Source: an uncultured Actinomycetes bacterium (GTDB lineage: Bacteria; Actinomycetota; UBA4738; HRBIN12). Taken from it: DNA of 64,000 bases. Positions 20,614-28,362 of the stretch are shown piece by piece. Position numbers and translations under genes: made by a program. Each line of letters starts with the position of its first letter. Position 1 is the first letter of the stretch. Below the pieces are notes generated by a model. It saw nothing but the letters and a program-made list of their open reading frames with translations. It searched no databases and was not told the DNA's origin. The DNA is taken from positions 18,068 to 82,067 of the forward strand of contig CAVVOG010000001.1 of the NCBI GenBank assembly GCA_963749895.1. The letters are read 5' to 3'.

Positions 20614-21039
20614 TCAGACCGGGGTGTCGGCGCGGTTGGCGGCCACCTCGGCGAGCGTCGTCTCCCCGACCGTCGCCTGGATCTGAGGCCGGATCTCGCG
20701 CCAACGGAAGTGGAGCTCGCAGGGGTTCTCGGAGGAACACTCCTCGCGCCAGAACAGGCAGCGTCCCTCGAACACGTCGGGCCCCTCGACCGCCAGGAGG
20801 ACTTCGCCGATCGTGATCTCCTCCGGGGGACGCGCCAGCAGGTACCCGCGCCCCCGGCGAGACTCCAGGACCCCGCCCTCGGCGAGCATCCGCATGATCT
20901 TGTGCAGGTACGCGAGCGGCAGGTCCGCCGCTTCCCCGATCTCGCGAGCGTCCACGAAGTCGCCGGCAGGTCGGTCGGCCAGCACCAGCAGGGCCTCGAT
21001 CGCGTAGCGGCTCTCGCGCGCTAGCCGCATCTCCTCCAC
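20614..21039 (-). CDS. Rrf2-family transcriptional regulator with a three-Cys Fe-S cluster motif (IscR/NsrR type)
   Basis: N-terminal wHTH MRLARESRYAIEALLVLA; Cys motif C-x6-C-x5-C (CLFWREECSSENPC). Confidence 0.85.
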   Translation of the reverse strand: MEEMRLARESRYAIEALLVLADRPAGDFVDAREIGEAADLPLAYLHKIMRMLAEGGVLESRRGRGYLLARPPEEITIGEVLLAVEGPDVFEGRCLFWREECSSENPCELHFRWREIRPQIQATVGETTLAEVAANRADTPV

Positions 21040-21067
21040 CTCCCGGCGCCACCGCGCCCGTCCGTGA

Positions 21068-21925
21068 TCACAGGTCCCGCCTCGGCAACGCCCACCGGGC
21101 GAGCACCAGCGGTCCGACCGTCCATGCCGCCAACGACCCCGCCAGCACGCCCACCGAGCCCACGGTCCCGAACGTCGAGACCAGGTAGGCCCCGAACGGC
21201 CCGAGCGCCGTCCCGCGGAAGTTCGTGCCCAGCAACGCGAGGATACGTCCGGCCTCCAGGGGGTTCAGGACGATCGCGGCCAGCAACCCCTGGGGCCCGA
21301 GGTGGACCGACGGGGCGAGCGCCGCCAGCGCGAGGTCCACGCCCAGCGAGAACACGATCCACAGGCCGACACCGCCGGCCACCGCCTGCGCCCGGTTCGA
21401 CGCGAACGACGACAACGCCACCCCGATCGCGACGCTCGACGCGGCGACCCCCAGGGTCGCCCCGATCAGGGTCACCAAGGCGGGGACGTCGCTGCCGCGC
21501 GCCACGCTCGACATCACGAGCAGCGCGACCCCGTAGCCGACCCCGAGGGTGACCCACATCGACCCGGTGAGCCCGAGGAACGCACCGGCCACGATCGACG
21601 AGCGCCGCATCGGCTGGGCGGCCATCATCGCCAGGAGCCCCTGTTCGCGGGCCCCGACGATCGCGCCGGAGCCCAGCAGCAGCCCCATCAGCGACGGCAG
21701 CAGGATCCCGAGGTTCACGAGCGTCGCCGAGGCGGGGCCGATCCCCGACAGCCCCAGCTCGCGGACCGTGCGGAACCCCAGGAGCGTCACGGTCAGGCAC
21801 AGCACGCCGAAGATCGCCGCCATCACCAGCACCCAGCGGGCACGCACGCTGGTGCGGAACTCCCATCCCGCGATCGTGCGGGCCGGCGAACGTCGCCGCG
21901 GCACCGGGGTCGTGACCGCGCTCAT
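21068..21925 (-). CDS. nosY: ABC-2 type permease, NosY-like
   Basis: 6-TM permease whose ATG overlaps the nosF stop (ATGA). Assigned by its position in the nosDFY triad. Confidence 0.75.
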   Translation of the reverse strand: MSAVTTPVPRRRSPARTIAGWEFRTSVRARWVLVMAAIFGVLCLTVTLLGFRTVRELGLSGIGPASATLVNLGILLPSLMGLLLGSGAIVGAREQGLLAMMAAQPMRRSSIVAGAFLGLTGSMWVTLGVGYGVALLVMSSVARGSDVPALVTLIGATLGVAASSVAIGVALSSFASNRAQAVAGGVGLWIVFSLGVDLALAALAPSVHLGPQGLLAAIVLNPLEAGRILALLGTNFRGTALGPFGAYLVSTFGTVGSVGVLAGSLAAWTVGPLVLARWALPRRDL

Positions 21926-22626
21926 CCCGCCGCCTCCAGCCCCTCGTCCTCAGCCGGCTTCGGCCCATCGAACGGGGTCCCGGTGAAGTCCTCGTCGAGC
22001 GCCAGGCGGCCGTCCTCCACCGTGATGCCGCGGTCGGCGACCCGCCGGAGCTCCGAGGGGGCCGGTGAGCTCACGATCGCGGTGACCCCTCGCTCGTCGC
22101 GCAGGCGGCGCAGGACGCCCCAGAACACCTCGCGGCCCTCCTCGTCCAGGTTCGCGACCGGCTCGTCCAGCAGGAGCAGGGTCGGATCTCCGAGCAGCGC
22201 GATCGCGAGCGCGACCCGGTGACGCTGGCCACCCGAGAGCGTGCCGATCCGCGCGTCGTCGTCACGGACGAAGCCCTCGGGGAGCGGCACGGTGGCCCGG
22301 TCGGCGCCGCGGAGATCGGCGAACAGGTCGAGCATCTCGCCGACCGTGGCGTGCTCGGGCATCCCGACGGTCTGCGGCAGGTAGCCGATCCGCTCCCGAT
22401 GCGCCGGCGTGGCGTCGAGCTCGGCGCCGTCGAGACGGATCACGCCCTCGTGGCGGACGAGCCCGGCCACGCACTTCAGGAAGGTGCTCTTGCCGCTGCC
22501 GTTCGGCCCGCCGAGCGCGACGATCCTGCCCGCGGGCACGTCGAGGTCGACGCCGTGCAGCCCGAAGCCGCCCGGGTACACCTTGCGGAGCGCCTCGACG
22601 CGCAGACGTGACGTGCGCTCGCTCAT
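21922..22626 (-). CDS. nosF: ABC transporter ATP-binding protein, NosF-like
   Basis: Walker A GPNGSGKST, signature LSGGQRHRVAL, Walker B LLLLDEP. The ATG at 22626 overlaps the nosD stop (ATGA). Confidence 0.85.
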   Translation of the reverse strand: MSERTSRLRVEALRKVYPGGFGLHGVDLDVPAGRIVALGGPNGSGKSTFLKCVAGLVRHEGVIRLDGAELDATPAHRERIGYLPQTVGMPEHATVGEMLDLFADLRGADRATVPLPEGFVRDDDARIGTLSGGQRHRVALAIALLGDPTLLLLDEPVANLDEEGREVFWGVLRRLRDERGVTAIVSSPAPSELRRVADRGITVEDGRLALDEDFTGTPFDGPKPAEDEGLEAAG

Positions 22627-24122
22627 GCCGCCACCACCCTGCGGGGTCGCCGGCGCGCACGGACCAGGAGCCAGCCGCAGCCGAGGGTGAGCGCGAGCCC
22701 GGGGATCCACAGCGGTGCCCGCGGCCCGATCCGCTCGGCGGCCAGTGGCGGCGACGACAGCTCGGTCAGCGGTGCGTCGTCGAGCACGAGCGGCTCGGCC
22801 GGCGCCCACCGCTCCTCGACCGCCGACAGCAGCCGGAACGCCGGTCCGGAGGCGAGCGCGAGCAGGACGGGATCCTCCGCGATCAGCTGGCTCGTCCGGC
22901 CGCTCCGCGAGTACGCGAGGTCACCGGTGCCGTCGCCTCCGGCGTCGAAGCCGCCGTAGTCGCTCCAGTAGTTGCCCACGCCGTCGACGGTCCAGACCGC
23001 CTGCGTGCGCCCCGTCCCCCCGAGGGCCACCTGCGTCGTGTTCTCCACGAAGCCGTTGTCCGTGAACCACGCGTCGGCCGACGGGAACAGCAGGACGCCG
23101 ATCTGGTTCACCGCCACGGTGTTCCGAACCAGTCGGGCCGGCTCACCCCCCGTGCGGCCCGCGTCGTCGATGTGCACCGCGACGCGGTTGTCGGCGATCA
23201 CGTTGTCGCGCAGCAGCACGCCGCCGGCGTCCTTCACCAGGACGCCGAACCCGGTCGACGGGCTGCCGTTCTCGGTGATCGTGTTGCCCTCGACCGCGAC
23301 GGGCCCCCCGTACATCAGGACGATGCCGGAGAGGTTCCCGCTCAGGTCGTTGCCGCGGAACGCCACGTCGGCCGCGTACATGTCGTGGAGGCCGTAGCGG
23401 CTGTCCGACACGCGGACGCCCTCGATGACGCAGCCGGTCCCGTACGTCAGCTGGACGCCGTCGCGGACCGTCTCGATCACGCTGTCGCGCACGATCGTCC
23501 GTTCGCTGTCGAACAGCCAGATCCCGTCGCCGCGGAGCTTCGTAGGTTCGGCCTCGCCGCCGGCGTCGGTCGCGACGTCGCTCACCGCGTGGAGCTCTCC
23601 GGAGATGATCCCGCTGCCGCGGACCGTCACGCGCTCGATCACGACGTCACGGGCGCGCTGCACGGTGATGCCCATGTAGGAGTCCTGGACCTCCAGGTCG
23701 TGAAGGTACGCCCGGTGTCCCCCGCGCTTCACCAAGATCCCGGACGGCGCGCCCACCGGGAAGCGCTCGCTCCCGCGAACGAGGATGCCCGACACCTCGA
23801 CGTCGGGGGCCGCGACCGTGAGCACCGAACCCTCGCCCTGCCCGTCGAGCACGACGCCGGGCGCACCGACCAGCGTGATCGGCGCGTCGATCGTGAAGTT
23901 GCCGGTGTGGGTGCCGGCCGGAACGGTGACGGTCGACCCCGGCACCGCCGCGTCCAGCATCGCCTGCAGGTCACCCGTGGCGCCGGCGGGGGCCACGGGG
24001 AGCACCGTCGCCCCTGCGAGGGCGAGGCCCCCGAGCAGGAGGCGGACGGCGACGCGGACGCCCGCCACGGCGCTACCCCGTGACCGACGCGGGTTCGTCG
24101 GCCGGCGACGCGGCCTCGTCAC
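22623..24122 (-). CDS. nosD: periplasmic copper-binding protein NosD (right-handed parallel beta-helix repeats)
   Basis: Signal peptide followed by repeated beta-helix units (TVRGSG.., NVIADNRVAVHI.., FVENTT..). The exact start is uncertain (24122, or an internal Val near 24068). Confidence 0.85.
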   Translation of the reverse strand: MTRPRRRPTNPRRSRGSAVAGVRVAVRLLLGGLALAGATVLPVAPAGATGDLQAMLDAAVPGSTVTVPAGTHTGNFTIDAPITLVGAPGVVLDGQGEGSVLTVAAPDVEVSGILVRGSERFPVGAPSGILVKRGGHRAYLHDLEVQDSYMGITVQRARDVVIERVTVRGSGIISGELHAVSDVATDAGGEAEPTKLRGDGIWLFDSERTIVRDSVIETVRDGVQLTYGTGCVIEGVRVSDSRYGLHDMYAADVAFRGNDLSGNLSGIVLMYGGPVAVEGNTITENGSPSTGFGVLVKDAGGVLLRDNVIADNRVAVHIDDAGRTGGEPARLVRNTVAVNQIGVLLFPSADAWFTDNGFVENTTQVALGGTGRTQAVWTVDGVGNYWSDYGGFDAGGDGTGDLAYSRSGRTSQLIAEDPVLLALASGPAFRLLSAVEERWAPAEPLVLDDAPLTELSSPPLAAERIGPRAPLWIPGLALTLGCGWLLVRARRRPRRVVAA

Positions 24123-24738
24123 CGTCCTCGTCGGACCGTCCGGCCGTCACGAACTCCTTGACGAAGCCCCAGTACATCGGGCCGAGCGTGACGAGCGCCG
24201 CGGCGCCGAACAGGCACCACAGCGCCTCGCCCGGCCACGCGATCGTCTTCACGTTGCTCGCGACCGCGACCTTCCCGATCACCCAGGGGGTGAACGGCTC
24301 GACGTCGATCGGGGCGGCAGGATCGATCGTGTGACCCATCTGGTACAGGCGGTACTGGATGTCGATCAGCACCCCGATCGGGATCAGCCAGAGCAGGACG
24401 ATCGCGCCGCGTCGCCACCATCCCGAGAGGACGGTGGCCACCGCGATCAGCGCGATCGCGGCGACGAGCGCCGGGTTCCACAACACCGTCTCCGCCAACT
24501 CGCCCATGTCGAAGACCTTCACCCCGACGTAGTGGTTCAAGATCGCGATCTCGTCGACGTCGCCCTCGATCCGATCGCCGTAGGCGGTCAGGACCAGCTG
24601 GCGGTTCGGGTACTGCAGGACCTCGAGCCGGGCCTGCCAGACGGGCAAGCCGAAGGCCAGGACGACGAGGACGACGGCCACCGCGCCGAAGACGACCCGG
24701 ACGAGCCGGTCCCCTCGAGCGCTCCGGTCAGCCGTCAT
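24073..24738 (-). CDS. polytopic membrane protein of unknown function inside the nos cluster (possible NosB-like)
   Basis: 5-6 predicted helices, no signal or lipobox; located between the cupredoxin gene and nosD. Confidence 0.55.
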   Translation of the reverse strand: MTADRSARGDRLVRVVFGAVAVVLVVLAFGLPVWQARLEVLQYPNRQLVLTAYGDRIEGDVDEIAILNHYVGVKVFDMGELAETVLWNPALVAAIALIAVATVLSGWWRRGAIVLLWLIPIGVLIDIQYRLYQMGHTIDPAAPIDVEPFTPWVIGKVAVASNVKTIAWPGEALWCLFGAAALVTLGPMYWGFVKEFVTAGRSDEDGDEAASPADEPASVTG

Positions 24739-24767
24739 CCTCGATCGTCCCTCCGAACGTCAGGACC

Positions 24768-25238
24768 TCATCCCACCGTGAGCGTGCCGACCATCGTGGC
24801 CGGGTGGGCGAAGCAGTTGAAGGTGTAGGTGCCCGCGGGGAGCGCCGGGATCTCGTACACGACCTCGGCGACGCCGTTGATCAACTCGTTGTTCGCGGGC
24901 GCGAACACCGGGGTCACGGTCGTGTCGGTGCCCTCGAAGATCTGAACGTTGTGCGGGATGCCCGTGTCGTCGTTCTTGAACAGGATCGTGAACGGGGTGT
25001 CGGCGGGCGCGGACAGCTCCGTCTCGGCGAACCCGGTGTTCGAGGACCCGACCGGCGCGGTGATCGTGAGTTCGGTCGACGGCGCCGTCGTCTCGGTCTC
25101 GGTCGCGGCCGACGACGAAGTGGACGTCGCCGCGCTGGAGGTCGTGGTCGTCTCGTCGGCCGGGCTGTCGCCGCCCGAGCAGGCCGACAGGACGAGCCCG
25201 GCGACCACCGCGACCGCGGCGATCCGGATGAACCTCAT
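24768..25238 (-). CDS. cupredoxin (plastocyanin/azurin-type blue copper) lipoprotein
   Basis: RBS AAAGGAG; lipobox LSAC; type-1 copper ligands His (PHNVQIF) and C-x2-H-x3-M (FNCFAHPATM). Confidence 0.8.
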   Translation of the reverse strand: MRFIRIAAVAVVAGLVLSACSGGDSPADETTTTSSAATSTSSSAATETETTAPSTELTITAPVGSSNTGFAETELSAPADTPFTILFKNDDTGIPHNVQIFEGTDTTVTPVFAPANNELINGVAEVVYEIPALPAGTYTFNCFAHPATMVGTLTVG

Positions 25239-25341
25239 GCGTGCTCCTTTCGATGCGGATCCCTCGTGAGCTGCGTGGAACGCGAGGGGGGCGCCGGGTG
25301 GCGCCCCCACCATGGTAGGGGCGCCACCCGGCTTGGGGGGG

Positions 25342-27318
25342 TTAGGGCGCCACCTCGATCCAGCCCTGCATCTCGAGGTGGAGGGCGGAGCAGAACTCCG
25401 TGCAGTACATCGCGAAGGTCCCCGGCCGGTTGAGCGGCAGGTCGACGTTCACGACCTCGCCCGCGTCGATCGAGACCTCGATGTTGTGCTGAGGGATCGC
25501 GAACCCGTGGGTCGCGTCGGGCGTCTGCTCCACGTTCGTCAGGTGCAGCCGGAGGGTGTCGCCGACCTTCGCCTGGATCGTGTCCGGCGTGAAGTGGCTC
25601 CGCAGCACCGACATGTAGACGTGGACGTCCTTGCCGTCGCGCTCGATCTTCTCCTGCCCGGCTTCGATCGCGAACTCGGACCTCGCCCAGGTGGCGGGGT
25701 CCGTCCCCGGGTCGTACACCTGGATCGTGTGGACGAGCTTGTCCGCCTTGATCATCTGGACGTAGTGCGGCTCGCCCATGCCGATCGGCGCGTCGTACAG
25801 CACCTCCATCTGGTCGCCGGTCAGGTCGACCAGCTGGAAGTTCTGCGGGTGCAACGTGCCGAGCGGCGGGAAGCGGTCGATCGACCACTTGTTGAGCGCC
25901 ACGAGGTAGGTCCCGTCGGGGTTCACCGTGTCGCCCTCGGCGGTCACCAGGTGCCCGATGTTGTACTGGACCGGCAGCTTCTCCACGAGCTGGAACGCAT
26001 CCCCGTCGTGCCCGGCCTTCGGCCCGAGGGACCACTTCGCGACGGCCGTGTCGATGAACAGCGACGTGTAGGCGTAGCCCTTGTCGTCGAACTGCGTGTG
26101 GAGCGGCCCCGCACCCAGCTCGACCTGCGCGATCATCACGTCCTCGAGCTTGAGGATCGGCACGCCGTACTCGTCTTCGCCCTCGTAGGTGCCGGCGTCG
26201 ATCGCGGCCTTGATCTTCTCGAACTCGTAGACGCTGCCGTTCGGATCGAGCTTGCCGCCGATGCAGATGTAGTCGCCGGTCGGATTCACGTCGACGCCGT
26301 GCGGGCTCTTCGGCTCTGGCGCGAGCGTCAGGACCTTCTCGGCTGCAGCCACGTCGAGCGGGATCACGTTCATCCCGTTGATCTCGACCGTCTCGCCGGC
26401 CTTGAAGAGCTCCTCGGCCTTCTGCCAGTCGATGATGTGGAGGTAGTCGTAGTCGTTCGCGGAGGCGCCGGCCTCGAGCGGCTGACCACCCTGCGAGGTC
26501 CCGACCGCCATCTCCGAGTTGTACGAGTTGATGAATCCGTAGCCGAAGCTGGTCAGCTTGCCGGCGTCGGCGAGGTCCTGCGTGTACGGGGGAAGTTCGA
26601 TCTGGAAGGTGCTCGCCTTGTCGAACCTGCCGGTCTCCTGGTCGATCGCGATCCACGTCGAGAACCCGCGGAACTCCTCCTTGAACCTCGACAGGGGCGC
26701 GTAGCCGTTCACGGGGGTCGGCGTCATCGTCGAGATGTGCACGTACTCCGAGTTGGGCGTCACGAAGCACCCGCCGTGCGAGGTCTGGAGGTTGGGGATG
26801 TCCCAGATCTCCTTGGTCTTGAAGTCGCGGAGATCGATCATCGCGATCCGGCCGTTCGCGCGGTCGTTGATGTAGAGCCAGCGACCGTCGTAGTCGCCCT
26901 CGGTCTCGGACAGCGCCGGGTGGTGCGTGTCACCCCAGTACACCGGGTTGCTCTTGTCGGGGTCGATCCCACCCTCGAGCACGAGGTTCCCCTGATCGCT
27001 GCCGTAGCCGTACCCCTGCCACGCATCGGGTGTGAAGACGGGGATCACCTTGAGGACGCGCATCGAGGGCACACCCATCACGATCATCTGCCCGGAGTGC
27101 CCGCCGGACGCGAACATGAAGTACGGGTCGTACTCGCCGGGTGGGACGAACGTCTTCTGCGCGGCGCTCGACTGGTCACCCGTCAGCCCCTGCCCGGAGT
27201 CGCCGTCGTCCCCGCCGGACGAGGAGAACCCGACCCTCGCCCCGGCTGCCCCGACCACGACGCCGCCCGCGAGCATGCCCAGCGCCGCTCGGCGAGAGAC
27301 CTGCGGTCCACCTGCCAT
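25342..27318 (-). CDS. nosZ: nitrous-oxide reductase NosZ (Tat-dependent)
   Basis: Twin-arginine signal SRRAALGMLAGG and a beta-propeller body. C-terminal CuA site HGF...YCTEFCSALHLEM. RBS GAAGGAGGAG lies before the ATG at 27318; an alternative upstream ATG exists at 27354. Confidence 0.95.
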   Translation of the reverse strand: MAGGPQVSRRAALGMLAGGVVVGAAGARVGFSSSGGDDGDSGQGLTGDQSSAAQKTFVPPGEYDPYFMFASGGHSGQMIVMGVPSMRVLKVIPVFTPDAWQGYGYGSDQGNLVLEGGIDPDKSNPVYWGDTHHPALSETEGDYDGRWLYINDRANGRIAMIDLRDFKTKEIWDIPNLQTSHGGCFVTPNSEYVHISTMTPTPVNGYAPLSRFKEEFRGFSTWIAIDQETGRFDKASTFQIELPPYTQDLADAGKLTSFGYGFINSYNSEMAVGTSQGGQPLEAGASANDYDYLHIIDWQKAEELFKAGETVEINGMNVIPLDVAAAEKVLTLAPEPKSPHGVDVNPTGDYICIGGKLDPNGSVYEFEKIKAAIDAGTYEGEDEYGVPILKLEDVMIAQVELGAGPLHTQFDDKGYAYTSLFIDTAVAKWSLGPKAGHDGDAFQLVEKLPVQYNIGHLVTAEGDTVNPDGTYLVALNKWSIDRFPPLGTLHPQNFQLVDLTGDQMEVLYDAPIGMGEPHYVQMIKADKLVHTIQVYDPGTDPATWARSEFAIEAGQEKIERDGKDVHVYMSVLRSHFTPDTIQAKVGDTLRLHLTNVEQTPDATHGFAIPQHNIEVSIDAGEVVNVDLPLNRPGTFAMYCTEFCSALHLEMQGWIEVAP

Positions 27319-27336
27319 GGTGCTCCTCCTTCTCTC

Positions 27337-27353
27337 TGGACCTTTCTGGTCCA
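27337..27353. promoter_or_regulatory. perfect palindrome TGGACC-N5-GGTCCA, 19 nt upstream of the nosZ start; candidate operator
   Basis: Read directly from the sequence. It is part of a GGACC/GGTCC-rich array spanning 27337-27485. Confidence 0.4.
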
Positions 27354-27400
27354 TTGCCCCGTCACCGTGGCACCGATCGAACGTCGGAGGGAAGCGCGAA

Positions 27401-27430
27401 GGTCCCGGGTTCGAGAGGACCTTTGGACCA
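27401..27430. promoter_or_regulatory. GGTCC-N11-GGACC inverted repeat overlapping a GGACCtttGGACCA direct repeat in the nosZ/MBL divergent intergenic region
   Basis: Read directly from the sequence (coordinates +/-1). Confidence 0.35.
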
Positions 27431-27488
27431 TCTTCGTCCAGAGGTACCTCACGGCGATCGCTCGGACCGGCGCTGTTAGGGTCCCGCC

Positions 27489-28352
27489 ATGACGATCGCG
27501 ACGATCACCGTCGGCCACGTCGAGGTGACCGCACTGCTCGACGGGATCTCCGAGGACATCCCGATCCTGGAGGCCTTCCCCGACGCCCCGCCCGACGCGC
27601 TCCTCGCTGCGCGCGACCGGTTCCCGGACGTCTACGGCCCGGACGACACGTGGCGCCTGACCGTGCGCGCATGGCTCGTGCGGCACCCGGAGGGCGAGCT
27701 CCTGATGGACACGGGGGTCGGCTCGACCGCGGCGATGTCGTGGTTCCCGGAACCCGGTCGCCTCCACGAAGCCCTGGCAGAGGCCGGCACCGCCGCCCAC
27801 CTCGTGAACACCGTCGTCGTGTCCCACATCCACGACGACCACGTGGGGGGCACGGTCACCACCGAGGGCGAGCTTGCGTTCCCGAACGCCCGGTTCGTGA
27901 TCCAACGAGCCGACCTGGACGCCGCCCGCACGAGCGCGACGGCCGCCGATGCCGACGAGGAGGACGTCGCGGTCTGGGACACGCTCCTCGCCCCCCTGGA
28001 GGCCGCCGGGCTCTTCGACGTGGTGGAGGGTGACCACGCCCTCACCGGGTCCCTCCGACTCCACCACGCGCCCGGCCACACGCCCGGCCACCAGGTCCTG
28101 CGCATCACGTCGAAGGGCTCGCGGGCGCTGCTCTCGGCGGACACCTGGAACCACCCGGCACAGCTCGCCCACCCGGACTGGTCCTCGGCGCCCGATGGAG
28201 CGCCCGGCAGGGCGGCCGCGACCCGCCGATCGATGCTCGCGGGACTCCTGTCCCATCCCGGCACGATCGTGGCCACGACGCACTTCGCCGAGGCGTTCGG
28301 GCACGTGGTGAGCGGACGCGACGGTCTCGCGACCTGGGAGCCGGTGGCGTAG
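27489..28352 (+). CDS. MBL-fold metallo-hydrolase (lactonase-like)
   Basis: HxHxDH motif SHIHDDHVGG and C-terminal His ligands (HHAPGHTPGH). Confidence 0.8.
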   Translation: MTIATITVGHVEVTALLDGISEDIPILEAFPDAPPDALLAARDRFPDVYGPDDTWRLTVRAWLVRHPEGELLMDTGVGSTAAMSWFPEPGRLHEALAEAGTAAHLVNTVVVSHIHDDHVGGTVTTEGELAFPNARFVIQRADLDAARTSATAADADEEDVAVWDTLLAPLEAAGLFDVVEGDHALTGSLRLHHAPGHTPGHQVLRITSKGSRALLSADTWNHPAQLAHPDWSSAPDGAPGRAAATRRSMLAGLLSHPGTIVATTHFAEAFGHVVSGRDGLATWEPVA

Positions 28353-28362
28353 GGCGAACCCG

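Noticed and set aside
21068-24122. nosDFY as a generic copper/ABC exporter unrelated to N2O reduction
   Set aside because: The beta-helix NosD plus ATPase plus ABC-2 permease triad is translationally coupled and embedded directly between nosZ and its cupredoxin, so nos assignment by context is much more parsimonious. Confirmation still needs phylogeny.
27319-27354. Alternative nosZ start at the ATG at 27354 (MDQKGPERRRSTM...)
   Set aside because: The downstream ATG at 27318 has an ideal GAAGGAGGAG RBS and still yields a complete Tat signal. The upstream ATG lies inside the TGGACC-N5-GGTCCA palindrome and lacks an RBS. It is kept as a possibility only.
27337-27485. GGWCC enrichment as a restriction-site (AvaII-type) coincidence or compositional artefact
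   Set aside because: At about 70% GC only about one occurrence is expected in 170 bp, and the copies are arranged as palindromes and regularly spaced repeats rather than scattered. A regulatory interpretation is therefore favoured but unproven.
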